Shown: in pieces, positions 21,731 to 33,538 of the stretch
Numbering within the stretch: position 1 is the stretch's first letter
How the letters are laid out: every line of letters starts with the position of its first letter
Origin: Chloroflexota bacterium
GTDB lineage: Bacteria > Chloroflexota > Limnocylindria > Limnocylindrales > CSP1-4
Assembly (NCBI GenBank): GCA_034435355.1
Contig: DAOTXE010000019.1
Span: forward strand, 9,026 to 73,025
Reading direction: 5' to 3'
Length of the DNA: 64,000 nucleotides
Program-made: the position numbers and the translations under genes
Notes under the pieces: model-generated
Seen by the model: the letters and a program-made list of their open reading frames with translations, nothing else
Databases searched by the model: none
Told to the model about the DNA's origin: nothing

Positions 21731-23080
21731 ATGACCACGATCCTCCCGACCCCCGCCGCCTGGCCGCACCCGCTCCTCGGGGATGCCCCGTCGGCGGACC
21801 CGGCCGACCTGGATGCCGCGGTTCGCGCCGGGGCCTTCGCGGGGCTCGCTCGCGCGCTCAACGACCTGGGCCCCACCCTGAGCACCGTCGCGATCGCCGA
21901 ATCCGGCCTCCGGGGACGGGGCGGCGCCGGTTACCCGGCCGCCGACAAGTGGCGCGCCGTCGCCGCGGCGGCGGAGGGCATCCGCTACGCGGTGGCGAAC
22001 GGCTACGAGGCCGACCCGGCCGGGGGAACCAACCATCACCTGATGACCGCCCGTCCGTACGCGATCGTGGAGGGCCTCGCGATCGCCGCGCTCGCGGTCG
22101 GCGCGGAGGAGGCGATCCTGGCGGTCCGCGCGGAGTACGCCGACGCGGTGGCCGCGCTCGAGCTCGCGGTTGCCGAGGCGGGCGAGGCCGGGTACCTCGG
22201 CGAGGACGTGCTCGGCTCGGGGCGCACGCTCCGGATGACGGTCCGGGCCGTGCAGGGCGCCTACATGCTGGGCGAGGAGACGGTCCTTCTCAAGGCGCTC
22301 GAGGGCCGGCGCGGGCAGCCCGAACAGCGGCCCCCGTACCCGTCCGAGCGCGGGCTGTGGGGCCGGCCGACGCTCGTCCACAACGTCGCGACGCTCGCGG
22401 CGATTCCCTGGATCATGGTCCACGGCGCGGACGCGTTCCGCTCGACCGGCGATCCGGGCGCGCCGGGCACGGTCCTCGTCTCGGTCAGCGGGGCCGTGGC
22501 GACCCCCGGCATCCTGGAGGTGCCGACGGGGACGCCGCTCGCGGACATCGTCGCGCTCGCAGGCGGCGTCGCGGGAGGGCGCCCGCTCAAGGCGATCCTG
22601 GTCGGCGGGCCGTCGGGCGGGCTCCTCCCGGCCGACCTCGCGGCCACGCCCTACACGTTCGGGGCGCTCCGGGCGGCCGGCGCGCATGTCGGGTCGGGAT
22701 CGGTCGTCGTGGCGGACGACCGGAGCTGCGTCCTCGACCTCGCCCGCCTGCTGACCCGCTATTGCGCGGACGAGGCGTGCGGCAAGACGATCCCCTGCCG
22801 GGTCGGGCTGCGCCGCCTCTCCGAGATCGGCGAGCGCATGGTCGCTGGCTTCGCCCGGCCGACCGACCCGCAGCTCCTGGCCGACCTCGCAGCGGACATC
22901 GCGGGCAGCGCGTTGTGCGACCACGAGCGGCTGGCCACGGGCCCGCTCGCGACCGCGATGCGATACTTCGGGGCCGAGGTCGACGCCCACATCCTGCGGG
23001 GCGTCTGCCCGGCCGGCGTCTGTGCCCCCATCGGGACCGCCGTCGCCGCCGGTCCCGCAACTACTGCGCACGGAGGATAG
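21731..23080 (+). CDS. nuoF: NuoF-like (51 kDa NADH/FMN-binding) subunit with altered N3 cluster motif
   Basis: GLRGRGGAGYPAADKW and GAYMLGEETVLLKALEGRRGQPEQRPPYPSERGLWGRPTLVHNVATL are present. The N3 motif reads EACGKTIPCRVG, with C-x2-T-x2-C in place of C-x2-C-x2-C. Confidence 0.85.
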   Translation: MTTILPTPAAWPHPLLGDAPSADPADLDAAVRAGAFAGLARALNDLGPTLSTVAIAESGLRGRGGAGYPAADKWRAVAAAAEGIRYAVANGYEADPAGGTNHHLMTARPYAIVEGLAIAALAVGAEEAILAVRAEYADAVAALELAVAEAGEAGYLGEDVLGSGRTLRMTVRAVQGAYMLGEETVLLKALEGRRGQPEQRPPYPSERGLWGRPTLVHNVATLAAIPWIMVHGADAFRSTGDPGAPGTVLVSVSGAVATPGILEVPTGTPLADIVALAGGVAGGRPLKAILVGGPSGGLLPADLAATPYTFGALRAAGAHVGSGSVVVADDRSCVLDLARLLTRYCADEACGKTIPCRVGLRRLSEIGERMVAGFARPTDPQLLADLAADIAGSALCDHERLATGPLATAMRYFGAEVDAHILRGVCPAGVCAPIGTAVAAGPATTAHGG

Positions 23081-23091
23081 GCACGACCGCG

Positions 23092-25731
23092 ATGGCCGAC
23101 CTCGTCTCCCGGCCCCCCGACCTCCTCCCCGCCGCGCGGCCGCAGCCGATGGTCGATTCGCTCGCCGAGCGGCTGCTCCGGACCCAGTCGCCGCAGCGCC
23201 CGCAGTCCACCCCGCTGATCCGCCTGGAGGTGGACGGGCGGGTCGTCGAGGGTCGCGAGGGGCAGACGATCCTCGAGGTCTGCCGGGACAACGGGATCGA
23301 GATCCCAACCCTCTGCTACGAGCCCAAGCTGCCCGGCTTCGGGGCCTGTCGGATGTGTGTGGTCGAGGTGGCGGGCGAGGAGCACCCGCCGATCTCGTGC
23401 TCGCGGCTGGCCGAGGCGGGGATGGTGGTCCAGACCCAGACCGAGGCGGTCCGTCGCCTGCGGCGCACGAACCTGGAGCTGATCTTCTCCGACCACAACG
23501 CCTACTGCCTGCCGCCGTGCCAGAACAAGTGCCCGAGCCACATAGACATTCCGGGCTTTCTCAAGGCGAATGCGGAGGGCGAGTTCCGCGAGTCGGCCCG
23601 GATCTTCAAGCGGACCATCCCGTTCCCCTCGATCCTCGGCCGGGTCTGCCCGGCGCCGTGCGAGGAGCACTGCCGCCGCGACGAGGTGGACGAGGCGATC
23701 GCGATCCGGGACAGCCACCGCTACGCCGGCGACCAGGTGCTCCTCGCGATGCGCGAGGAGGGCGTCGATCCGCCCCTCCCGTTCGAGCTCCAGCCGAAGT
23801 CGGGCAAGCGGGTGGCGGTCATCGGCTCGGGCCCGGCCGGCGCGTCGGCCGCCTACTACCTCCTGATCGCCGGCCACGAGGTGACGATCTACGAGCGCGA
23901 CGAGGCGCCCGGGGGGATGCTCCGCTACGGCATCCCGGAGTACCGGCTGCCGAAGGAGCGGGTCCTCGACCCCGAGTACGAGAGCATCACGCGGCTCGGC
24001 GGGCGCTTCATCTGCAACCAGGCGCTCGGGCGCGACTTCAGCCTGGACGACCTCCAGAACCAGGGCTACGACGCGGTCGTCGTCGCGATCGGCTGCTACG
24101 ACACGAACAAGCTCGGGATCCCGGGGGAGGACGCGGACGGCGTCATCGACGGCCTCGAGTACCTCAAGGTCGCCACGCTCGGCCTGCTCTACCCGGGTCA
24201 CGCGGGGAAGCGGGTGGTCGTCGTCGGGGGCGGCTTCACGTCGATGGACTGCTCGCGCACGTCGGTGCGCCAGGGTGCGTCGGAGGTGACGCTCGTCTAC
24301 CGCCGCGACATGAAGGACATGCCGGCCTCGGGCGAGGTCCATGAGGCGATCGAGGAAGGCGTCACGACGATCTTCCAGGCCGGCCCGACCCGCGTCATCG
24401 CCGACGATGCGGGCAGGGTGACCGGCGTGGAGTTCATCCGGATGCAGCTCGGTGCGCCCGACGCCTCCGGCCGGCGCCGCCCGGAGCCCGCCCCCGGCAC
24501 CGAGTTCGTGATCGCGTGCGACCGGGTCCTGCTCGCCATCGGCCAGGGGCCGGACCTGAGCTGGATCGGCGCCGGCTCCGACGGCGTCGAGGCCACCCGG
24601 AACCGGCGCCTGCGGGCCGACGCGGTCACCTTCGTGACGCCGCGGCCGGGCGTCTTCGGGACGGGCGACGTCCGCAACGGCGCGCAGACGGTGGTCCAGG
24701 CAGTCGCCGACGGACGCCGCGCCTCGTACGCCGTCGACGCGTTTCTGAAGGGCCTCGACCTCGGGGAGATCAGGACCCGCCAGACGCTGGCCGAGCCGCA
24801 GCCGGAGTTCCTCAGCATCGTGCCGTTCACCTCCGAGGTGAAGGCGCCCCGCCATCGGCTGCGGAGCATGCCGGCCGAGGAGCGCCGCACAAGCTACGTG
24901 GAGTACGAGATCCCGTACACCCCGAGCGAGGCCGTCGCGGAATCGACGCGCTGCCTCCAGTGCACCTGCGAGGCGATCGGATTCTGCGACCTGCGTCGGC
25001 TGGGGATCGAGTACGGGACCACCCTGCGGACACTGGAGCCGCAGAACAACCAGGGGGCCGGCTTCCGGAGCGTGACCGAGAACCGCTTCACGGGAGCCAA
25101 CCACGACTACGTCCGCGACGACAGCCACGCCTTCATCCTCCGCGAGCCGTCGCGCTGCATCGACTGCGGCCGCTGCGCGAACGTGTGCGCCGAGGTCGTC
25201 GGGGCGGCCTGCTACGACTTCATGCGGATCGGCTTCGACACGCTCGTCACCACGCCGCTCGACATGAGCCTCAACGACACGCCGTGCGTCTCGTGCGGTC
25301 GCTGCGCCGAGACGTGCCCCACCGGCGCGCTCATGCCCAAGCCCCGGATCCTCGAGAAGTACGAGGTGGACGAGAGCCGCTGCATCCTGTGCGGGATCTG
25401 CGTCGACGCCTGCCCCTACGATGCGCTCCGCTGCGGACCCGACTTCGAGCTGGCCCACGTCAGCCGCGAGGAGCCCATGATCGACCTGATCGCGATCGCC
25501 GCGGTGGACCGCGAGACCGAGATGACCTACGTCCACAGGGAGCGCGACTGGCTGGAGCGGGCGATCGCCTCGGGGCGCGACGTCGGGCCGCGTCAACTGC
25601 CCGTGCTTCCGGCCTCGCTCGCCGAGCGGGGCGGCGGGCACGGCGGGGGTCGCGCGAGCGACCCGGACAACGGCCACAATGGCACCGGCGCGGCCGGCGG
25701 CGCCTTCCCGGAGCACGGACGCAACCGGTAG
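23092..25731 (+). CDS. chimeric Fe-S flavoprotein: NuoG N-terminal-like [2Fe-2S] domain + GltD-type NAD(P)H/FAD oxidoreductase + C-terminal 2x[4Fe-4S] ferredoxin domain (occupies nuoG position)
   Basis: [19 protein letters not shown]...[16 protein letters not shown] matches NuoG N1b. [25 protein letters not shown]...[57 protein letters not shown] and [25 protein letters not shown] match GltD. The C-terminus carries [23 protein letters not shown] and [12 protein letters not shown]. Confidence 0.85.
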   Translation: MADLVSRPPDLLPAARPQPMVDSLAERLLRTQSPQRPQSTPLIRLEVDGRVVEGREGQTILEVCRDNGIEIPTLCYEPKLPGFGACRMCVVEVAGEEHPPISCSRLAEAGMVVQTQTEAVRRLRRTNLELIFSDHNAYCLPPCQNKCPSHIDIPGFLKANAEGEFRESARIFKRTIPFPSILGRVCPAPCEEHCRRDEVDEAIAIRDSHRYAGDQVLLAMREEGVDPPLPFELQPKSGKRVAVIGSGPAGASAAYYLLIAGHEVTIYERDEAPGGMLRYGIPEYRLPKERVLDPEYESITRLGGRFICNQALGRDFSLDDLQNQGYDAVVVAIGCYDTNKLGIPGEDADGVIDGLEYLKVATLGLLYPGHAGKRVVVVGGGFTSMDCSRTSVRQGASEVTLVYRRDMKDMPASGEVHEAIEEGVTTIFQAGPTRVIADDAGRVTGVEFIRMQLGAPDASGRRRPEPAPGTEFVIACDRVLLAIGQGPDLSWIGAGSDGVEATRNRRLRADAVTFVTPRPGVFGTGDVRNGAQTVVQAVADGRRASYAVDAFLKGLDLGEIRTRQTLAEPQPEFLSIVPFTSEVKAPRHRLRSMPAEERRTSYVEYEIPYTPSEAVAESTRCLQCTCEAIGFCDLRRLGIEYGTTLRTLEPQNNQGAGFRSVTENRFTGANHDYVRDDSHAFILREPSRCIDCGRCANVCAEVVGAACYDFMRIGFDTLVTTPLDMSLNDTPCVSCGRCAETCPTGALMPKPRILEKYEVDESRCILCGICVDACPYDALRCGPDFELAHVSREEPMIDLIAIAAVDRETEMTYVHRERDWLERAIASGRDVGPRQLPVLPASLAERGGGHGGGRASDPDNGHNGTGAAGGAFPEHGRNR

Positions 25732-25799
25732 ACCCAGCGCGAGGGCGGGCGGAAAGCCGCCCGGTCGACGCGCAGCGCAGGCTGGAGGGAGAGGAACAG

Positions 25800-26333
25800 G
25801 TGGCCATACCGGATACCATCCCGGTCCTCGGGATCAGCTGGAGCGACGTGCTCTTCCTGGTCCTTGCGGCCGTGATGCTCGGGTCCGCCTTCCTCGTGGT
25901 GACCCTTCGCGACATCATCCGCTGCGGGCTGGCGATGATCGTGGCCTTCGGGGCGCTCGCCGGGATCTACGTGCTGCTCGGCGCGCCGCTGGTGGCCGCC
26001 GCGCAGGTGCTCGTCTACATCGGCGCGATCGCCGTCCTGATCCTCTTCGCGGTCATGCTGACCCAGGCGAAGAACGCGCCCGTCCGGCTCGTCTTCCAGG
26101 CGCAGGCGTTCCCCGCCGCGATCGCCGCCATCGTGCTGGCAGTGCTGATCGCGCTCACGGTAAGCGCGACGGACTGGGGCGCGGCGGCGAAGCGGCTCGC
26201 GACGGCGACGGACGCGCTGGCCCGCCTGCTGTTCACGTCGTACGTGCTGCCGTTCGAGGTCGTGAGCGTGCTCCTGCTGATGGCCGTGATCGGGGGCATC
26301 TTCCTGGCGAAGCGCGAGGGCCGGGACGCGTGA
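25800..26333 (+). CDS. nuoJ: NADH-quinone oxidoreductase subunit J
   Basis: A hydrophobic ND6-like protein. GTG start with a GGAGGGAGAGG RBS. Confidence 0.9.
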   Translation: MAIPDTIPVLGISWSDVLFLVLAAVMLGSAFLVVTLRDIIRCGLAMIVAFGALAGIYVLLGAPLVAAAQVLVYIGAIAVLILFAVMLTQAKNAPVRLVFQAQAFPAAIAAIVLAVLIALTVSATDWGAAAKRLATATDALARLLFTSYVLPFEVVSVLLLMAVIGGIFLAKREGRDA

Positions 26334-26641
26334 GCCAGAGCCTCGACGCCTACCTCAGCGTGTCCGGGATCCTGTTCTCGATCGGCATGTTCGGGTTCCT
26401 GGCCCGGCGCAACGCGATCAGCATGCTGATGTCCATCGAGCTGATGCTGAACGCGGTGAACCTGACGATCGTCGCCTTCGGGGCCTTCATTCCCGCCCTC
26501 AACGGAACCGCCTCCATCATCGCCCTCGTCGTGATGGCGGTCGCCGCGGCCGAGGCCACGGTCGGCCTCGCGATCGTCATGGCCATCTACCGGAACCGCC
26601 GCACACCGCTGGTCGACGAGTACGACAGCATGCGCCAGTAG
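26330..26641 (+). CDS. nuoK: NADH-quinone oxidoreductase subunit K
   Basis: [24 protein letters not shown]...[20 protein letters not shown] overlap with nuoJ. Confidence 0.9.
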   Translation: MSQSLDAYLSVSGILFSIGMFGFLARRNAISMLMSIELMLNAVNLTIVAFGAFIPALNGTASIIALVVMAVAAAEATVGLAIVMAIYRNRRTPLVDEYDSMRQ

Positions 26642-26663
26642 CCGCGGGAATCGGGCCGCCTCC

Positions 26664-28676
<2,013 letters not shown>

Positions 28677-28687
28677 GCAGGCAGACC

Positions 28688-30238
28688 ATGGACGCCACGT
28701 CCTTCCCGATCCTCAGCGTGATCATCTTCCTGCCCCTCGTGGGGGCGGTGGTGGTCGGGCTCATTCCGCGGCGCAACCTGGCCGCGATCCGCGGGACCGC
28801 GCTGCTCTTCGCCCTCGCGACGTGGGTCGTCAGCCTGTGGCTGGTCCTCGGCTTCCTGCCGGGACGCCAGCTGGTGGCATCCGCGGCGGGCTCGTTCGAG
28901 TTCGTGCAGACGATCGACTGGATCCCGGTCTTCGGGATCCAGTACAAGGTCGGCGCCGACGGCCTCTCGGTGGCGCTCGTAGTCCTGACCACGACACTGT
29001 CGTGGATCTCGATCCTGGCCAGCTTCTCGCCGATCAAGGAGCGGGTGAAGGAGTACATGATCTCCTTCCTCGTCCTCGAGGTCGGGATGCTGGGCGTGTT
29101 CCTGGCCCTGGACCTGTTCCTGTTCTACATCTTCTGGGAGGTGGTCCTCGTCCCGATGTACCTGATCATCGGGATCTGGGGCGGCGCGAACCGGATCTAC
29201 GCGACGATCAAGTTCGTCCTCTACACGCTCGTCGGGTCGCTCCTGATGCTGGTGGCGATCCTCGCCACGGCGTTCACCTACCAGCACGCAACCGGGTCGT
29301 GGGTCGGTGCGTTCGACCTGGAGAAGCTCGCCGGAGCCGGCTTCGACGGCACGTTCCAGGTCTTCGCCTTCGCCGCGTTCGCGCTGGCCTTCGCGATCAA
29401 GGTCCCGATGTTCCCCTTCCACACCTGGCTGCCGGACGCGCACGTCGAGGCACCGACGGCCGGCTCGGTGATCCTGGCAGGCGTGCTGCTCAAGCTCGGC
29501 GCGTACGGCTTCATCCGGTTCGCCATCCCGCTCTTCCCGCACGGCGCCCACGTGTTCGCGCCGCTCATCATCGCCCTGTCGCTCATCGCGATCATCTACG
29601 GCGCGATCGTGGCCATGGTCCAGCCCGACCTCAAGAAGCTCGTCGCCTACAGCTCCGTGAGCCACATGGGATTCGTGACCCTGGGCATCTTCATCTTCCA
29701 GGCCCAGGGCCTCCAGGGCGCGATCCTCCAGATGGTCAACCACGGCATCATCACGGGCGCCCTCTTCCTGCTCGTCGGCGTCATCTACGAGCGAACCCAC
29801 GACCGGACGATCGCGAAGATGGGCGGCCTGGGCGCGGTGACGCCGGTCTACTCGGCCGCCCTGGGGTTCTTCGTGTTCGCGTCGGTCGGCCTGCCCGGCC
29901 TGGCCGGGTTCGTCGGCGAGTTCCTCGTCTTCCAGGGCGCGTTCGCATTCAACCCGTGGGTCGGCGTGTCCGCCGCGTTCGTCATGATCTTCGCGGCCGG
30001 GTACCTGCTCTGGATGCTCCAGCGCGTGTGCTTCGGCCAGGTTTCGGAGTTCCTGTCGAACCTCGGTCACCACCTGACCGACATGCGCCCCACGGAGATC
30101 CTGACGCTCGCCCCGCTGGGCGCCCTGACGGTGGTCCTGGGCCTCTATCCCGCCCTCGTCCTGGACCTCATCGCGGGCCCGGTCAGGGCGGTCCTGGCCG
30201 CGGTCGACCCATCGGTCGCGATGGCTGTCGGCCGCTGA
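28688..30238 (+). CDS. nuoM: NADH-quinone oxidoreductase subunit M
   Basis: FYIFWEVVLVPMYLIIGIWGG...FPFHTWLPDAHVEAPTAGSVILAGVLLKLG. Confidence 0.9.
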   Translation: MDATSFPILSVIIFLPLVGAVVVGLIPRRNLAAIRGTALLFALATWVVSLWLVLGFLPGRQLVASAAGSFEFVQTIDWIPVFGIQYKVGADGLSVALVVLTTTLSWISILASFSPIKERVKEYMISFLVLEVGMLGVFLALDLFLFYIFWEVVLVPMYLIIGIWGGANRIYATIKFVLYTLVGSLLMLVAILATAFTYQHATGSWVGAFDLEKLAGAGFDGTFQVFAFAAFALAFAIKVPMFPFHTWLPDAHVEAPTAGSVILAGVLLKLGAYGFIRFAIPLFPHGAHVFAPLIIALSLIAIIYGAIVAMVQPDLKKLVAYSSVSHMGFVTLGIFIFQAQGLQGAILQMVNHGIITGALFLLVGVIYERTHDRTIAKMGGLGAVTPVYSAALGFFVFASVGLPGLAGFVGEFLVFQGAFAFNPWVGVSAAFVMIFAAGYLLWMLQRVCFGQVSEFLSNLGHHLTDMRPTEILTLAPLGALTVVLGLYPALVLDLIAGPVRAVLAAVDPSVAMAVGR

Positions 30239-30254
30239 CGGGAGCTGCCTGACG

Positions 30255-31736
30255 ATGACCTGGTCCGATTTCGCCACCGTCGCCCCCTTCGCGGCCGCCG
30301 TGGCCGTGGCGGCGCTCGTCGTCGTGGCCGACATCGTGCGGCCCGGAAACCGGCACCTGGCGCTGGGTGTTGCCCTGGCGGGCCTCGTCGGCGTCGGTGC
30401 GCTCACCCTGTGGACCGGCCAGTCGCCGGGGACCGCCTTCGGCGGCATGTACAAGGTCGACAACCTGACGACGTTCCTCGACACGATCTTCGTCGCGATC
30501 GCGGCGATCACCTGCCTCTTCGCGCCCGACTACCTCGAGCCGCGCGGGCTTCCGGTCGCGGAGTTCGCCGCCATCCTCGTGTTCGCGCTGAGCGGCGCGA
30601 TGCTGGTGTCCGCGTCCGCGGACCTCATCGTCCTGTTCGTCGGTCTCGAGCTCATGGTGATCCCGGGCTACCTGCTCGCCGGGTATCACAAGCGCGACGC
30701 GCTCTCCACCGAGGGCGCGATCAAGTACTTCCTGCTCGGCTCGTTCTCGAGCGCGATCTTCCTCTTCGGGCTCGCCTACATCTGGGGCCTGACCGGCTCC
30801 ACCCGGATCGCCGACGTGGCGGCCCGGATCGGCGCGGTCATGGCCGGCCAGGCACCGCTCTCCCCCGGTCTGGCGATGGGCCTGGCCTTCCTCACGACCG
30901 GGGTCGCGTTCAAGATGGCCGCGGTCCCGTTCCACTACTGGACGCCCGACGCGTACCAGGGCTCGCCGACGCCGGTGACCGGCTACCTGTCGGTGGGCCC
31001 GAAGGTGGGGGCGTTCGCGGTGGTGCTGCGGGTCTTCGCCGAGGCCCTCCTCCCGCTTCGCCAGGAGTGGGTGATCGTCTTCTTCGTCCTCGCGGCGCTG
31101 ACCATGACGCTTGGCAACCTCGTGGCGCTCACGCAGGACAACGTCAAGCGGATGCTCGCCTACTCGTCGATCGCCCACACCGGGTACATGCTGGTGGGCC
31201 TCGCGGCGTACGCGGCAGGGGTGCTGCAGGGCCTCGAGGGCCTCCTCTTCTACGGCGCCGCCTACGCGTTCATGAACCTGGGGGCGTTCGCCGTGATCGC
31301 CGCCCTCCAGAAGCGCCCCGGGGTCAGCAGCCGGCTGGAGACGTTCGCGGGGCTCGGGCGGCGTGAGCCGGCGCTCGGTCTCCTGATGGTCCTCTTCCTG
31401 CTCTCCCTGACCGGGATCCCACCGACGGCCGGCTTCTTCGCCAAGGCGTACGTGATCCTCGCCGCCGTGCAGGCCGGGGGATGGCTCACGGCCCTCGCCG
31501 TCATCGCCGTCCTCAACGCGGCCGCGGCCGCGTTCTACTACCTGCGGGTCATCGTCTACATGTACATGCGCGATCCGGCGGGCGAGCCGGCCCCCGTGGG
31601 CCACGGCGCGCTGCTCCGCCTGGGGCTCGCCATCACGGCAGTCATGACGGTGGTCCTGGGCCTCTTCCCGGGGCTCATCCTGACGAGCGTCTCGTCGGCG
31701 GCGCAGGCAATCGGGGTCGCTGTCGCCATCCATTAG
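30255..31736 (+). CDS. nuoN: NADH-quinone oxidoreductase subunit N
   Basis: VGLELMVIPGYLLAGY...AVPFHYWTPDAYQGSPTPVTGYLS. Confidence 0.9.
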   Translation: MTWSDFATVAPFAAAVAVAALVVVADIVRPGNRHLALGVALAGLVGVGALTLWTGQSPGTAFGGMYKVDNLTTFLDTIFVAIAAITCLFAPDYLEPRGLPVAEFAAILVFALSGAMLVSASADLIVLFVGLELMVIPGYLLAGYHKRDALSTEGAIKYFLLGSFSSAIFLFGLAYIWGLTGSTRIADVAARIGAVMAGQAPLSPGLAMGLAFLTTGVAFKMAAVPFHYWTPDAYQGSPTPVTGYLSVGPKVGAFAVVLRVFAEALLPLRQEWVIVFFVLAALTMTLGNLVALTQDNVKRMLAYSSIAHTGYMLVGLAAYAAGVLQGLEGLLFYGAAYAFMNLGAFAVIAALQKRPGVSSRLETFAGLGRREPALGLLMVLFLLSLTGIPPTAGFFAKAYVILAAVQAGGWLTALAVIAVLNAAAAAFYYLRVIVYMYMRDPAGEPAPVGHGALLRLGLAITAVMTVVLGLFPGLILTSVSSAAQAIGVAVAIH

Positions 31737-31770
31737 TGCGGGCCGTCGTCGCCGCGCGCGGCCCCGAGTC

Positions 31771-32718
31771 TCAGCGCCCTGCGCGGTCCTCCGCCTCCAG
31801 GGCCCGGGCGAGGGCCCGCAGCACGGCCGCGGTCGACGCCGGCTCGGGCAGGATCAAGTCCGCGGCAGCCAGCAGCTCGGGAGGCACCTCGCGGGCCCCG
31901 CGGACACCCAGCAGGAGGCTGGCCGCCAGGCGTCCCTCGGCGCGCTCGCGCGCCACGACCTCGAAGGCCTCGGCGTCGGCCCGGTCGTCACCGATGACGA
32001 GCGCGGCAGTCGACCGGTGCCGGCGCAGCAGGCGGGTCACGGCCTCGCCCTTCGCCCCGGCCTCCTCCGGGCGCATCTCCACGATCCGGCGTCCCTCGAC
32101 CCTTCGGAAGCGCGGGCCACGGAGGCTGGCCGGGAGCGCGGCTGCGGCGGCGTCGAGGGCGGCCAGGATCCGGGCGCGCGCGGCGGGGGCGTCGGCGGCG
32201 GCTCGGAAGTGGAATGCCACGGACGGCCCCTTCGGCTCGACGTAGAGCCACGCCGCGTCGCCGAGCATCCGCTCGACCTCGTCGCCGAGGCGCCGGGCAG
32301 TCGCGTGGTGGCCGGCGAGGCGCGGGTCATGAGCGACGACGAGGCGCTCCGCGGCGACCCCGGCGGGCAGGTCGCCGCCCTGGCTCCCGTGGTCGCCGAG
32401 GTAGGTCAGCCCGCCCACCCGGACGCGGCCGGCCACGTCCAGGGCGGTGCGGCCCGAGAGGATCGCGAGTGCGAGGCGATCCGGCCGCCGGCGAGCGGCC
32501 CGGGCGAGGCGCCTGAGCGCGTGGCGCGCGGCCGGCAGGATCGTCGGCGCGAGCGGGTCCCCGGAGATCGGCGCCAGCGTCCCATCGAAGTCGCACACGA
32601 CGAGGAGCCCGCCGCGCGTGTCGGCAAGCGCTCGGGCCGCCTCCATGGCCTGCTCCAGCGAGTCGGCCCGGGTTTCGCCGGTAACGCGGTCGGGGCGGCG
32701 TCCGCGCGCGATCGCCAC
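31771..32718 (-). CDS. otsB: HAD-IIB hydrolase, trehalose-6-phosphate phosphatase-like
   Basis: LLVVCDFDGTLAPIS...VIGDDRADAEAF (DxDGT and GDDxxD motifs). Confidence 0.6.
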   Translation of the reverse strand: MAIARGRRPDRVTGETRADSLEQAMEAARALADTRGGLLVVCDFDGTLAPISGDPLAPTILPAARHALRRLARAARRRPDRLALAILSGRTALDVAGRVRVGGLTYLGDHGSQGGDLPAGVAAERLVVAHDPRLAGHHATARRLGDEVERMLGDAAWLYVEPKGPSVAFHFRAAADAPAARARILAALDAAAAALPASLRGPRFRRVEGRRIVEMRPEEAGAKGEAVTRLLRRHRSTAALVIGDDRADAEAFEVVARERAEGRLAASLLLGVRGAREVPPELLAAADLILPEPASTAAVLRALARALEAEDRAGR

Positions 32719-32719
32719 G

Positions 32720-33397
32720 TTACGGCGTGACCGTCACGCCGGGCAGGATCTCCTGGAGGCCACTCGCCATGACGTCGGGCCCGATCCCGCCGAGCGCGGC
32801 GTCGCGCACGTTCCCTTGCGCGTCGATGAAGTAGTGGAGCGGCAGCACGGCCGCGTCCCAGGCCCGGGCACGCGAGCCGTCCGCGTCGAGGCCGACCGGG
32901 AAGGCCACGTTCAGCGACGAGATGAACGGCGCGACGACCTCCTCGCCCTCGCGGACGTGGATCGCGATGACCACCAGGCCGGTGTCCGCATAACGCGCCG
33001 CGAACGTGTTCATGACCGGGTACTCATCACGGCAGGGAGGGCAGTACGTGCCCGTGAAGACCAGCCAGACCGGCTTGCCGCGGAGCGCGGCAAGGTCGAT
33101 CGTGCCCCCGCCGACCTGCGGCGCGGTGAGCAGCGGGGCAGGCTTGCCGACGAGCGGGAAGGGCGACACCGACCCGCTCGATGCCGGCGCGGGTGACGCG
33201 CCGCCTGCACCCGGAGCCGCGGACGCGGGGGCGGTCGCGGACGGCGAACCGGGCAACGGCGCGGCCTGGGATGCCGGCGCGCCGGGCGTGACGCGGACGC
33301 CCGGCGCCGGCGTGAGCGCGACGACAGCGACACCGATGCCGACGGCCGCGCCCAACCCCACGGCCAACCCGATCACGACCGCGATGAAGCTCCGCAT
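32720..33397 (-). CDS. TlpA/ResA-like thiol-disulfide oxidoreductase (membrane-anchored thioredoxin)
   Basis: N-terminal TM helix, a Pro/Ala/Ser linker, and VWLVFTGTYCPPCRDEYPVM (CPPC motif). Confidence 0.8.
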   Translation of the reverse strand: MRSFIAVVIGLAVGLGAAVGIGVAVVALTPAPGVRVTPGAPASQAAPLPGSPSATAPASAAPGAGGASPAPASSGSVSPFPLVGKPAPLLTAPQVGGGTIDLAALRGKPVWLVFTGTYCPPCRDEYPVMNTFAARYADTGLVVIAIHVREGEEVVAPFISSLNVAFPVGLDADGSRARAWDAAVLPLHYFIDAQGNVRDAALGGIGPDVMASGLQEILPGVTVTP

Positions 33398-33538
33398 CAG
33401 GAAGGAGCGTAGCGCGTGGGGTGGTGGCCCGCCCGCCAGCCCGGCGGGAGCGGCCGGTCACCCGAAGGCCGTGCATGGAGACCCCACGTCCTGGGCGCCC
33501 GACGAACTGCAAGGGACCCTGCGTGTGCCGCTGGTAGC

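Noticed and set aside
21949-23091. 5' portion of the 1260-aa plus ORF 21949..25731 overlapping nuoF
   Set aside because: The frame is Arg-rich throughout nuoF. The protein-like sequence starts at ATG 23092, right after the nuoF stop.
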